In this document: positions 1 to 9,142 of the stretch, piece after piece
Layout of the letters: each line of letters opens with the position of its first letter
How positions within the stretch are numbered: position 1 is the first letter of the stretch
DNA from: a virus
DNA length: 64,000 nt
Reading direction: 5' to 3' (one strand)
Virus record (IMG/VR): IMGVR_UViG_3300028394_000002
Coordinates: 1 to 64,000 of that record
The notes under the pieces: generated by a model
The model's input: only the letters and a program-made list of their open reading frames with translations
Database searches by the model: none
Told to the model about the DNA's origin: nothing
Translations under genes and position numbers: made by a program

Positions 1-701
1 TTGTTATTAATTAATCTAACTGTGTCATCAACTTTAACTGTTAAATCTTTACCAAACTTTTGTAGAAAAATAACTGGTAATACTATTGTTAATGTAACAT
101 CACTATAAAGCCAACAACCTGAGCTTCCATCTGGATATGATAAAACAATATGACGCGGAGTAGTGACAGACCCTTCTTTATGAGCTTCAATTTTTAAAGT
201 TTTACCTAAACAGAAACGTTTTTTCGCTGGGTACTTATATTGATTACTACTATCTTCAACACTATTAATTATAGCGTGAGTAGGAGCTTTTTTACAAGCT
301 TCTTCAAATGAAGATAATTTAAGAGTATTAGTATTTATAGTTACATATTCATCATTCTTAATAGAATAACCTTTACACTGACCTACAAAATTTGTATCAC
401 TAGCTATTACATAGTATAATCCATCATCAGATACTACTAGATCCATAAAATTAAACTTTAATTCTGGTTTTACTAGTTTTAAATTTTCTACGGCATTATC
501 TATTCTCCAAACATAAGCATAACCTAAATGATCACCATCATCAGATCCAGAAACTTCATTTTGACATATTCCGTAATTGTAACCATTATGAGCTGATATT
601 TTAGCATCAATAATGTGAACACCTTCTTCATCATCAGGGTAAATTGTGCAAGTAACACGTTGGCCTACCCAGCTTTCATCTATTATTTCATTATTATCCA
701 T
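1..701 (-). CDS. Hypothetical protein, truncated at window start (MDNNEIIDESWVGQRVTCTIY...)
   Basis: ATG at 701, just downstream of the polA stop. Manual translation stays open to position 1. Absent from the ORF track because there is no stop in the window. Confidence 0.8.
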   Translation of the reverse strand, partial: MDNNEIIDESWVGQRVTCTIYPDDEEGVHIIDAKISAHNGYNYGICQNEVSGSDDGDHLGYAYVWRIDNAVENLKLVKPELKFNFMDLVVSDDGLYYVIASDTNFVGQCKGYSIKNDEYVTINTNTLKLSSFEEACKKAPTHAIINSVEDSSNQYKYPAKKRFCLGKTLKIEAHKEGSVTTPRHIVLSYPDGSSGCWLYSDVTLTIVLPVIFLQKFGKDLTVKVDDTVRLINN

Positions 702-717
702 TTTTATTCATTTTTAG

Positions 718-972
718 TTATTTTATCCATTCTTTAGTTATTGTAGTATCTACTTTCATTTGAACTTTAGATACATATTTATTACCTGCGTTTATCATTA
801 TATCTTCCATTTCTTTAGCAAATTGATTAGCTAGATCTTCTCTAACTTCTACATCAATAGCATCATGAACTGTACATATAAGATAAGCTACATCTTCTTT
901 ATAGGTATTATTATAAGTAATAATTAACTCTCTAACACCTATTAAAGCTTCTTTAGTAATATCAGCTCCCGA
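718..972 (-). CDS. polA: DNA polymerase family A, exon 2 (84 aa, contains motif C)
   Basis: Translates SGADITKEALIGV...LICTVHDAIDVEV...KEWIK*. No start codon of its own. Joined to exon 1 it restores NSPIQG|SGADITK and supplies the catalytic VHD motif C. Confidence 0.93.
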   Translation of the reverse strand, partial: SGADITKEALIGVRELIITYNNTYKEDVAYLICTVHDAIDVEVREDLANQFAKEMEDIMINAGNKYVSKVQMKVDTTITKEWIK

Positions 973-1809
973 CTTTTTATTATCTCTAAGGCTCTTTATC
1001 CTTAGATTCTACAAGTTATTCTTCCTTGTAGGTTAGACTATATCATCTTTATCATTTATATAATTTAAAATGTTTTTACAAAAAGCTTTTAGCTCATCAA
1101 TAGATGCTGAGTTTTTCATAGTATTAGCCAACATTGAGATAATTTTAATATTATCTTTTGTATAACCCTTACTGTTATCTACTCTATCTATTGTAGGACT
1201 ATTATTATAGTTTGAACGATCTCCACAAAATATAGGGATTTCTAATATAGGGCATAATTCAGGTATAGTAATATCTGATTCTTCAAGGTTAAAATCATAA
1301 CCTTTTTTTAATGCTCTATCTTTAGTACGTTTCCATAATACATGTATTATATTCCGTTTAAATGAAGCTCTTTTTAACTCATTTTTATGAGCTCTTTTTA
1401 CTTCATCTGCTTGCAATCGCTTTCTACTTTCTTTTCCCCAGATAGCAACTTTTTCAGAATTTTTCTTTCTATATTCATTCTGATAGGCTAATCTAGTTTT
1501 GTTTAAACATTTTCTACAATTACTCAATAGATACTTTCCATTTTTATAGAAATTACTATCTTCTTGTTCTAAATTACATAATTTACATTTTTTCATATCT
1601 TCTCCGTTATTAGTGTAGGAGTCAATATAACATAAAATGTTAATAAAGCAATGCGCTCGTGGAAATTTTGTCTGTATTTATATAGCTAAATACTAAGACT
1701 ACTTTTTCTAGTCGTTGAACCTTCAATACATTTCTGTAAGGCTTGGCTGCTGATTACCATTTCAGGCTTCCAGCAATTCACATTGTTTAATCAGGGCTCG
1801 GTCTTTTTA
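973..1809 (-). mobile_element. Group I self-splicing intron (837 nt) in polA
   Basis: 5' exon ends CAGGGU and pairs with IGS GCCCUG (U.G at the splice site). Core elements P (GAAUUGCUGGAA), Q (AAUCAGCAGCC), R (UUCAACGACUA) and S (GAUAUAGUCU) are present. Terminal G at 973. Intron CCGA pairs with 3' exon UCGG (P10). Confidence 0.93.
1033..1596 (-). CDS. Intron-encoded HNH-family homing endonuclease
   Basis: N-terminal CxxC...CxxC. C-terminal CPIL...SPTIDRVDNSKGYTKDNIKIISMLANTMK beta-beta-alpha-metal motif. Lies between intron R and S elements and overlaps S. Confidence 0.88.
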   Translation of the reverse strand: MKKCKLCNLEQEDSNFYKNGKYLLSNCRKCLNKTRLAYQNEYRKKNSEKVAIWGKESRKRLQADEVKRAHKNELKRASFKRNIIHVLWKRTKDRALKKGYDFNLEESDITIPELCPILEIPIFCGDRSNYNNSPTIDRVDNSKGYTKDNIKIISMLANTMKNSASIDELKAFCKNILNYINDKDDIV

Positions 1810-3468
1810 ACCCTGAATTGGGCTATTCATAGAATTTCTTTGAACTTGTCCTTCAGTTTGAAGTATTTGCTTCCACAAAACTTTACTTTCAGGAGAACCT
1901 TTAATAACATATTTAGTTTCTTCTCTTAATCTAGGTATAATTTCTAGTTCAGGATAAAATCTTTTCCTCTTACAAGGAGCAAATGTTTCACTATAACCTC
2001 TTGTTACACCTAGTTTAGCTTGAGTATCTAACCATTTATTTAGTTTAGGGAAAGCTATTCCATATTCTTTAAACAGTGTTTCAGCTTCTTCTATACTAAT
2101 TTGTAAAGTATCAGCTAGTTTGTTAGGCCCCATACCATATGGTTTACCAAAATTTATGGTTTTAGCTTTGTTTCTAAGGTCTTTATCAGCTTTAGTTATA
2201 GTTTTCTTAAACATTAGAGAACCTGCATAACAATGTAAATCTTCACCTCTGTTTAATACATCTATAAAACCTTCTTCACCAGAACCATCAGCCATTAAGT
2301 TTAACTCTTGACCACTATAGTCAATAGATACCCATAAATAACCTGGTCTAGCTTCAAAACAATTCCTAAATATATTTTTAGCTGGAATGTTTTGTAAGTT
2401 AGGCGCATTATCATCTTTAGAACCAGAGCTAACACGACCAGTATTAAGCACTTGCCAGAAACTAGTATGAACTCTATTGGTATGAGGATTAATATAATCT
2501 AAGAAACCTTCTCCATAAGTAGATATTATTTTAGCTTTCTCTCTGTAATCTTGTAGTACTTTAAAGAATTCATGCTTATCAGCTAATTTAGTTAATTCTC
2601 TGTCATTTGTACTATCAATATCATATCCTAAAGTATTACAAATATTTTTAATTTGCAATGGTGAAGCATAATTTATCTTTAGTATTCTTTCAGGTTCATC
2701 AAATAAATTACTCTGAATATATTTAGGTACAAACTTTTGTAATAGAGGTTCATCAGTTATTACTTTATCTAAGTGAATTTCTAAATCATCTAACTCTTGT
2801 TTAAAAGTATTAGTATTACCTAACCACTTTTCTCTATTTAAAGTCATACCATTATATTCTATATCTGCAAGAGATTTAAATACTTCATTTTCTAAATCAA
2901 CACAATATTCTAAGTTATATTTTCTAACTCTTTCGTATTGTAATCCAGCTATCTTATGAAGATATTTAACATCTCTAGCAGCATATAAAATTTGATCAGT
3001 GTTAAAAGGTTCTGCATTTAATCTAAAGAAATCACCTCTTGTACTTTTATCTAAAGTTACATCAAGATATCTTTGTGCAAGCTTATCTAAACCATAACCC
3101 CACTTATCGTAACCACAATATAGGACACATTCTGTAAGCATAGTATCATAACAATTATTTAATGTTATTCCTGCATGCTTTAAGAACTTATAATCAAATT
3201 TAAGATTATGTCCTATTATTATCTTACTCTCTATGAGGTCTTTAAAGTTTAAGATATTTATTTTACGTACATCAATAACCCATTGATTATCTGAATCACC
3301 TAATTGTAAAGATAATAAAGCTTTGCTATGAGCATCTTTACCTTTAGTCTCAGTATCTAGTTGAATACTCTTGTGGTTACTAAAATAGCTTAAACAATGT
3401 TCTACAGTACTTTCTTTATACTCATCATCTTCAAATAACCTATCCCAACAACCTATTGTGTATATCAT
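1810..3468 (-). CDS. polA: DNA polymerase family A, exon 1 (3'-5' exonuclease plus polymerase motifs A and B); spliced product ~637 aa
   Basis: Exo motifs LDTET, GHNLKFD and YAARDV. TGRVSS..PNLQNIP. Motif A IDYSGQEL. Motif B RNKAKTINFGKPYG. Ends at NSPIQG. Confidence 0.95.
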
Positions 3469-3473
3469 TTAAT

Positions 3474-3875
3474 TTATTTTTTAAATTCTTCATATAAGTA
3501 GTCTACCAAATGTACTTTATTTGTATTTTGAGTGTACATACTATTAATTGCCCAATTAAGATGGCAACCATACCAATTATCTTCTTCTCCTAATTTAAAA
3601 AAAGATTTGTAAATTTTTTCAGAAAGGTGCAGCAAACAAAATTCAAACCAATGAATATTATAATAACTAGTAGTTTGCATCCAAGGTTTTTCTTTTGTAC
3701 CTATGTTTATAGGCGGATTAAGTGTTTCTGCAACAGCTAATACATCATTAAAGTCTTGTTTTAATGCTCTACCATACATTTCATATTCCCACCAGTACCT
3801 AGATTCAGGAAACAATACTTTACACATCTCAAGTAACTTAACTTTATGTTCTTCTGTTAGTTCTATGCTAGTCAT
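3474..3875 (-). CDS. Hypothetical protein
   Basis: 133-aa ORF in operon; C-terminal HLVDYLYEEF resembles that of the adjacent gene. Confidence 0.75.
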   Translation of the reverse strand: MTSIELTEEHKVKLLEMCKVLFPESRYWWEYEMYGRALKQDFNDVLAVAETLNPPINIGTKEKPWMQTTSYYNIHWFEFCLLHLSEKIYKSFFKLGEEDNWYGCHLNWAINSMYTQNTNKVHLVDYLYEEFKK

Positions 3876-3892
3876 AATTTAGTTTTTTTATT

Positions 3893-4147
3893 TTATTTAT
3901 TATTTAAATACTCATTATATAACCAATCAATAGGGTGATGATTTATATCATTATTAAAGCAAATCATACCTAATTCTTTAACTTTATCAACTATAGTTAT
4001 AGGAGTCCAGTTTTTATGTTCAGCTAGTTTATTAAGAATTAACCAATATTCTAAACTATGTTGTATTTTTAGTTTTTTAGCTAAAAACATAACTCTATTT
4101 TGTTGATTACTTGTCATCTTCTTTCTTATTAGCCATTTTAGTTGCAA
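3893..4147 (-). CDS. Hypothetical protein (true start probably the internal MTSNQ)
   Basis: ORF track; C-terminal HPIDWLYNEY motif. Confidence 0.65.
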   Translation of the reverse strand: MQLKWLIRKKMTSNQQNRVMFLAKKLKIQHSLEYWLILNKLAEHKNWTPITIVDKVKELGMICFNNDINHHPIDWLYNEYLNNK

Positions 4148-4385
4148 ACTCTTCTTGTGCTTTTTGCATCAATTGAGGTCTATAAGTATCATATAAGGCT
4201 TGTTTATCTGTTTTAGATAACTTTACCCTACCTTCATAAACATCTTTTGCTAGAGAGTCTAATTCTTCGTAAGGAAGCTTAGAATACTCATCTTTTAATT
4301 TAAAATATCTATTAACTATTTTAGTTTGAATAGAATTAGATTTAGCTTGCTTCAAACTTCTATTATAGTTTCTTGCTTGACTCAT
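4107..4385 (-). CDS. Hypothetical protein
   Basis: 92-aa ORF translationally coupled to neighbours. Confidence 0.75.
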   Translation of the reverse strand: MSQARNYNRSLKQAKSNSIQTKIVNRYFKLKDEYSKLPYEELDSLAKDVYEGRVKLSKTDKQALYDTYRPQLMQKAQEEFATKMANKKEDDK

Positions 4386-4678
4386 TACTTTTCTTTAAGT
4401 TTTATATATTCAGCTAGTTCATTAATACTCATAGTTTTGCTTCTATGAATCTTATGTTTAGCTTCAGCCCCACTCCAATAAGCCATATAATCTTCACGAT
4501 GATAAGCATTTGCTGTTTTAGTATATGGGTCTATATGAAATAACCAATCATATAATACTTCTGATTCTTCTTTTATTTTAGGCATGTTATTATTTTTTTT
4601 AAATGTATTTTTAGTTACTCCTATTAATATAAGAATAATAATTAATTCTAACGCGGGTAATAATTTTTCTATGATCAC
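4385..4678 (-). CDS. Hypothetical protein (possible N-terminal TM, or later start at MPKIK)
   Basis: ORF track; overlapping start/stop. Confidence 0.65.
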   Translation of the reverse strand: MIIEKLLPALELIIILILIGVTKNTFKKNNNMPKIKEESEVLYDWLFHIDPYTKTANAYHREDYMAYWSGAEAKHKIHRSKTMSINELAEYIKLKEK

Positions 4679-4923
4679 AAATGTTCATTAAAGTGTTCTA
4701 AACTTTCTACTATTTTACCATCATTTATATAGACATATAAATTAGATAAGATTTCTTGATTTTGTTTTATATTTTTATCAGCATAAGCATCAAAAACACG
4801 GCCTTCTGATACAAATTGTAACTCAGGTCTAAATTTAAATGTATTATAAAAATTCATAATACAAGCTAAACAACTATGTCTAGTATAACAATTAGTTTTG
4901 ATGTAATTTATTATGTGACTCAT
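4675..4923 (-). CDS. Hypothetical protein
   Basis: 82-aa ORF with ATGA overlaps. Confidence 0.7.
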   Translation of the reverse strand: MSHIINYIKTNCYTRHSCLACIMNFYNTFKFRPELQFVSEGRVFDAYADKNIKQNQEILSNLYVYINDGKIVESLEHFNEHL

Positions 4924-5177
4924 TTATGAATTTCTTTATAAATTTTTATGTTTTTATCTAATTCAATTTTAACTAATTCTTTAGCTTTAAGTACTTCTTC
5001 AGCTGTGTAATTATATCTGAATCTTTTACTCGCTAAAATTTCGCCATAATACCAACCATATACTACATTTCTTGACATATCAATTTCTATTCTTTTACCT
5101 ATAGTATCTCCAAAAAATTGATAAACTAAAAAACTTGTTATTATTATTAATATTATTATTGCTATAATTATTATCAT
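4920..5177 (-). CDS. Hypothetical membrane-anchored protein
   Basis: N-terminal hydrophobic run IIIIAIIILIIITSFLVY. Confidence 0.7.
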   Translation of the reverse strand: MIIIIAIIILIIITSFLVYQFFGDTIGKRIEIDMSRNVVYGWYYGEILASKRFRYNYTAEEVLKAKELVKIELDKNIKIYKEIHK

Positions 5178-5178
5178 A

Positions 5179-5376
5179 TTATTTTAATCTATCTAGTGAT
5201 ATGTTTTTACAAAATCTAATTTCTTTATTGTTTAATGTCCAAATCTCTCCATTATCCATAGCACAAGTAAATAGTAGGTTATGCTCTTGGCTATAATCTA
5301 TAACTAAAAAAGCATAACCTTCCATATTATCTGATACTCTAAATATAGGTATCATTGGGTTAAGTTGGATAATCAT
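5179..5376 (-). CDS. Hypothetical protein
   Basis: 65-aa ORF (GYAFLVIDYSQEHNLLF) packed in operon. Confidence 0.75.
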   Translation of the reverse strand: MIIQLNPMIPIFRVSDNMEGYAFLVIDYSQEHNLLFTCAMDNGEIWTLNNKEIRFCKNISLDRLK

Positions 5377-5380
5377 ATTT

Positions 5381-5560
5381 TTAATTTATTTTATTTATGT
5401 CTTGTTTAACTTCAATAAGTAACAAAGTGACACTGCAAATAAATATAAATAAAACTCTTGTTTCCATTACCCATTGTGAAGGATTGTAATGCCAAGTTAT
5501 AAATGCAAAGCAAAAATAAACTATTAAAGTTGCAATTATAAATGGTGTTATTTTTTTCAT
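5381..5560 (-). CDS. Small two-TM membrane protein (59 aa, below track cutoff)
   Basis: Manual translation MKKITPFIIATLIVYFCFAFITWHYNPSQWVMETRVLFIFICSVTLLLIEVKQDINKIN*. Confidence 0.65.
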   Translation of the reverse strand: MKKITPFIIATLIVYFCFAFITWHYNPSQWVMETRVLFIFICSVTLLLIEVKQDINKIN

Positions 5561-5568
5561 ATTGTTTT

Positions 5569-5724
5569 TTAATTTATAAGATTATCTATTTGAATTTTAC
5601 TTATAGGTTCATTCATATTTTTTATTTTTCTATATATCTCGTTATATGCTTCTTCAGATATATGTGAGCTTCCTCTTTGTTGTATCAATGATAAAAAATA
5701 TTTTAATGCTTCAGATTTTTTCAT
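5569..5724 (-). CDS. Small hypothetical protein (51 aa)
   Basis: ATG overlaps the TGA of the upstream gene (ATGA); MKKSEALKYFLSLIQQRGSS... Confidence 0.6.
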   Translation of the reverse strand: MKKSEALKYFLSLIQQRGSSHISEEAYNEIYRKIKNMNEPISKIQIDNLIN

Positions 5725-6080
5725 CTAAATTCTATGTTTTCTAAAGCCCGAACCGCACGCACGGGGTAAGTAATTGTCTTATAAGAGAGGTTGGCGTAAC
5801 CAAAGTTGAAGTTGAAGAGGTACGCATCGGATGCGTCATACTCGGTACTGCTCCAATAGTCTTGGTTTTTTATCAATTTATCTTCATAAATTATAAAGCA
5901 TTCTTGAATAGTTGGTAATCTCCAACCATCTCCTAACTTTTTAACTGCTTTAATAGCTTCATCCCAAGTCATTTCTCCTAAATTATCTGGATGTAACTCA
6001 AAGTGATAATGCTTATTAACTATTTGAGATTGTTTAATTACAGGTGTATATTCTACACCGTCTATTATTATGTTTTTCAT
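5721..6080 (-). CDS. DUF1566/Lcl-like C-type-lectin-fold protein, probable DGR target
   Basis: MTWDEA..GWRLPTIQE..YWSST..VRAVR motifs. Start moved from 6140 to 6080 (MKNIIIDGVEY) because 6140 lies inside the tRNA-like element. Confidence 0.82.
   Translation of the reverse strand: MKNIIIDGVEYTPVIKQSQIVNKHYHFELHPDNLGEMTWDEAIKAVKKLGDGWRLPTIQECFIIYEDKLIKNQDYWSSTEYDASDAYLFNFNFGYANLSYKTITYPVRAVRALENIEFR
5742..5858 (-). other. DGR-like variable region (VR) with GC-rich IMH-like 3' end
   Basis: Abrupt GC rise; run of NNC/NNT codons between YWSSTE and GTGCGTGCGGTTCGGGCT. Confidence 0.65.
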
Positions 6081-6099
6081 ATTATTTGTTTTTAGTTTG

Positions 6100-6204
6100 T
6101 GGTCAGAGCAGGATTTGAACCTGTAAGTGGGTTTATTCATTTCACTCTTATGTCACCCTTTCATATGATCTTTTAGATAGCGTCTACCATTCCGCCACCT
6201 GACC
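6100..6204 (-). tRNA. tRNA-like RNA (Leu-type D arm) with no canonical anticodon arm
   Basis: Acceptor GGTCAGG/TCTGACC plus A, D region TGGCGGAATGGTAGACGC, T arm CAGG-TTCAAAT-CCTG. About 55 nt between D and T arms cannot form a 5-bp/7-nt anticodon arm. Confidence 0.7.
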
Positions 6205-6209
6205 GTATT

Positions 6210-6398
6210 TTAATTTGTTATTATAATTACTTTATTATTGCTAATAAAATAAAAGAAACTTTTATAGCTAGGTATATCACCTACTATTTTAAGCATTTCC
6301 TTTGCTTCTAGGGTATTATCTTGTATTAACTGATGTATATTAGTACCTTGTAAAGTACTATTACTATACCACGTCATAGGCTCGTATTTATTAGTCAT
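6210..6398 (-). CDS. Hypothetical protein
   Basis: 62-aa ORF. Confidence 0.55.
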   Translation of the reverse strand: MTNKYEPMTWYSNSTLQGTNIHQLIQDNTLEAKEMLKIVGDIPSYKSFFYFISNNKVIIITN

Positions 6399-6424
6399 AT
6401 TAATTGCTATTAAATTTAAAAATA

Positions 6425-6460
6425 GTATAGGAGAGAAATTCCCAGAACTCTCCTAATACT
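6425..6460 (-). terminator. Intergenic stem-loop, probable terminator or processing site
   Basis: TAGGAGAG...CTCTCCTA inverted repeat with an A-run on its left side (U-tract on minus strand). Confidence 0.5.
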
Positions 6461-6509
6461 ATTGATACTACTACTTGTTAATAGGTGTAATAGACCCTTT
6501 AATCTTTAG

Positions 6510-7142
6510 TTATGCTAAAGCATCAACTTCAGCTTGTAACTTGCTAATTACTTGAGCACTTTTAGCAGCTGCTTCAGCTTGAGTAGCAACAGTTACAGTT
6601 TTAGCTACTCTAATATCAATATCACCAAAGATATTAATACCAGTTTCACTACTACCTTTGTGGTTACTAAAGTCATTAACATAAAATCCTTGTGAGTATT
6701 GTACTGGTTGTACAATTTCTCCAGCTGAATTTCTAATAACTAAAGACTCTGCAAATTGAGCTGCAGTTCTTTGACCTGCTGATATTGAATACTTTTGCTC
6801 GTCTGTTAAGACATCAAGTAGTTTATTAGAATACTTTTTGCAAATACGTGCATTTGGTTTAGTACCTAATAGTTGTGCTACTTGTTCAGCTGTTGTACCT
6901 TCTGGTACATTAATCCAGCCTACTCGTGTTGATTCATATGATTCACCAAGTTCTAATTTGAAATCTTCGATTGCAAATAAACTATCTTGCATACTATTAT
7001 CTACTCTCTTACTAGGGTAAGTTGTTGTAACAGTTTGTCTGATTTGTGCTTGGTAAATACCTTCTTTGTACTCTGATGCTGTAACTTTATCTACTGATAA
7101 TACTGCAAATTCTTTTGTGATTCCGTTTAATGATTGTTTCAT
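6510..7142 (-). CDS. Hypothetical protein, possibly ssDNA-binding
   Basis: 210-aa ORF, beta-rich with Ala-rich C-terminus; function is a guess. Confidence 0.75.
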   Translation of the reverse strand: MKQSLNGITKEFAVLSVDKVTASEYKEGIYQAQIRQTVTTTYPSKRVDNSMQDSLFAIEDFKLELGESYESTRVGWINVPEGTTAEQVAQLLGTKPNARICKKYSNKLLDVLTDEQKYSISAGQRTAAQFAESLVIRNSAGEIVQPVQYSQGFYVNDFSNHKGSSETGINIFGDIDIRVAKTVTVATQAEAAAKSAQVISKLQAEVDALA

Positions 7143-7224
7143 GTTTGTTTTGTTTTAAATTGTAATTAATTATTTAGTTGTTTATTTTAAGCTAATATTT
7201 TAAATGTTCTCTCAACTTATATGT

Positions 7225-7599
7225 CTAGCCATTATTTTTATGTTGGAGAATTTCTTGTACAGCTTGGGTATGTAATTGTCTAAACTTTGGAAATATATTA
7301 GCTAATAAACTATCAGCCATTTCATTTCTTTGGTTTATTTCAGTTTTAAGAGCTTGTATCCATTCATTAGCTGAATGACCATTAAATCTTAATTCTGAAG
7401 GTTTTAGGCTACTTAAAATAGATCTTAAATGATTAAATTCAAGGTTCTTTAGTTTAACAGAGCCGTATTTATTTATCCATAACCAATCAGATGATTGATT
7501 ATACTTTCTACCAATACCTTTAACTATAGTATTAGAGTTTAACTTCTCAATCCTCTCTCTCGGAGTTTGAGTCTTCTGCAATAAAATTGTTGAGTTCAT
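7225..7599 (-). CDS. Hypothetical protein (W..G...NHLR motif)
   Basis: 124-aa ORF; motif shared with 9484..9714. Confidence 0.75.
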   Translation of the reverse strand: MNSTILLQKTQTPRERIEKLNSNTIVKGIGRKYNQSSDWLWINKYGSVKLKNLEFNHLRSILSSLKPSELRFNGHSANEWIQALKTEINQRNEMADSLLANIFPKFRQLHTQAVQEILQHKNNG

Positions 7600-7819
7600 T
7601 TTGTTTTAAATTTTCTATATTAATAAATTCTCTTTCTTTAATTCCTCTATTAATCTTGTCTATTTCATAAGACTTTGTTTTTTGTATTTTTATGTTACCT
7701 GTTGTAACACCTATAGGTAAGTATAGAACTTTATCTACACTCACACCTTGCTGTTTTAACTCCTCCCACGTATTACATTTCTTTGTGAGAGGAGTATCAA
7801 TATCTTTAGGCGATTTCAT
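7547..7819 (-). CDS. Hypothetical protein
   Basis: 90-aa ORF. Confidence 0.7.
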   Translation of the reverse strand: MKSPKDIDTPLTKKCNTWEELKQQGVSVDKVLYLPIGVTTGNIKIQKTKSYEIDKINRGIKEREFINIENLKQNELNNFIAEDSNSERED

Positions 7820-8073
7820 TAAGCAGCTTGTTTATATAACTGCTTAATTTTTTTTAGTTCTGCTCTTTCAGCAACTGTTAGTTTTTCTCTAACAATTACT
7901 CTTCTAACAGGAGGCCTTAAATCTTTGGCTACCATTTCAAAGTCATTAGAGCAATCTACAGCATCTGATTGTAGATATTTATCACGCTCTTCTCTGATAA
8001 GTTTTTTAGGCATATCACTGTTTCTAGAAGCTAAATCATTAACTTTAGAAAGATTTTTGTTTTTTAAGTTCAT
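7819..8073 (-). CDS. Hypothetical basic protein
   Basis: 84-aa ORF, TAATG coupling. Confidence 0.72.
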   Translation of the reverse strand: MNLKNKNLSKVNDLASRNSDMPKKLIREERDKYLQSDAVDCSNDFEMVAKDLRPPVRRVIVREKLTVAERAELKKIKQLYKQAA

Positions 8074-8100
8074 TTTATTTGTTTTTTATTTGATACATTT

Positions 8101-8418
8101 TTAATTAATTTTATAATCGTAGTAAACTACTTCAATTATTTTATGTGGATGTTTAACTTTTAATTCTTCTATTAAATAATAAATTGAAGAACAAGTTCTT
8201 TCATCAGAACTATCTATAAATTCTTTTTTATAAAAAGTAATAGAATTATCTACTTCATTTAAAAATAAGTCATATTCGAAAGTATATAATAATGGATTAT
8301 CTTTATCAATAACTTTAAATTTGACCTTTTTATATGTTTTTTTTGTACTGCCATTATATACTACTATAATAGCTACAATAATACTAATTAATATACCTAC
8401 TATTATACCTGGTAACAT
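8101..8418 (-). CDS. Hypothetical membrane-anchored protein
   Basis: N-terminal TM helix. Confidence 0.7.
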   Translation of the reverse strand: MLPGIIVGILISIIVAIIVVYNGSTKKTYKKVKFKVIDKDNPLLYTFEYDLFLNEVDNSITFYKKEFIDSSDERTCSSIYYLIEELKVKHPHKIIEVVYYDYKIN

Positions 8419-8472
8419 TTTATTCGTTTTTTAGGAGTTAATAACCATTCTAAATATTCTTCTTCACTCATT

Positions 8473-8697
8473 TTATCTACCATCATCTATAATATTAAAA
8501 GTTTTATATGCTATTCTCTTATTTTTATAAGTAATCTTATAGGTATAAGATTTAACTTTGTAAGTTTTAACTGACTCACAATAAGATACTTCATATTCTT
8601 TTTCTGATATTAGTTGATTACTATCAATAATAAAATAATCTTTAGTATATTGTAATATGCAAACAATAACTAGTAAACTGATTAGTGCTATATCCAT
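8473..8697 (-). CDS. Hypothetical membrane-anchored protein
   Basis: N-terminal TM helix. Confidence 0.65.
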   Translation of the reverse strand: MDIALISLLVIVCILQYTKDYFIIDSNQLISEKEYEVSYCESVKTYKVKSYTYKITYKNKRIAYKTFNIIDDGR

Positions 8698-8891
8698 TGT
8701 ATAAATTGATTTAGTGATTGAATAATTGATCTTGTGCTTAATAATATTAATATGATACCTATAAAAATAGTAATCTTGTTAATTACAATTATATTATAAT
8801 CATAGTAAGGATCACATTTTTTAATATTATTAATAAGTTTAGGTAATTCATAACATACCCAAACTAAAATAAGTATATCTATAAGTACCAT
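8688..8891 (-). CDS. Hypothetical membrane protein
   Basis: Two hydrophobic segments. Confidence 0.6.
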   Translation of the reverse strand: MVLIDILILVWVCYELPKLINNIKKCDPYYDYNIIVINKITIFIGIILILLSTRSIIQSLNQFIQWI

Positions 8892-9142
8892 TACAATAGT
8901 TTTAAGCTAGGTAATACACCATTAGGTTTGTTAATATACAATGTTACACAAGGTATTAGATTTAAACACCATCTTTTACAAGATTTAGAATAATGAATAC
9001 CTATCCAGAATGAAGCTAATCTAAATAATATACCTGTTCTATAATTAAATAGGTTGGATATTATAATAAGAAAGCAATAAATTAGTAATGCGCTTACTAT
9101 CCATAAGGCGCTTAAAGATAAAAGTAATTTGATGTCAGTCAT
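8891..9142 (-). CDS. Hypothetical membrane protein
   Basis: Hydrophobic N-terminus; FWIGIHYS..WCLNLIPC. Confidence 0.7.
   Translation of the reverse strand: MTDIKLLLSLSALWIVSALLIYCFLIIISNLFNYRTGILFRLASFWIGIHYSKSCKRWCLNLIPCVTLYINKPNGVLPSLKLL

Noticed and set aside
6081-6140. N-terminal extension of the DUF1566-like ORF as given in the track
   Set aside because: Overlaps the tRNA-like T arm and acceptor stem; ATG 6080 has the typical A-rich context.
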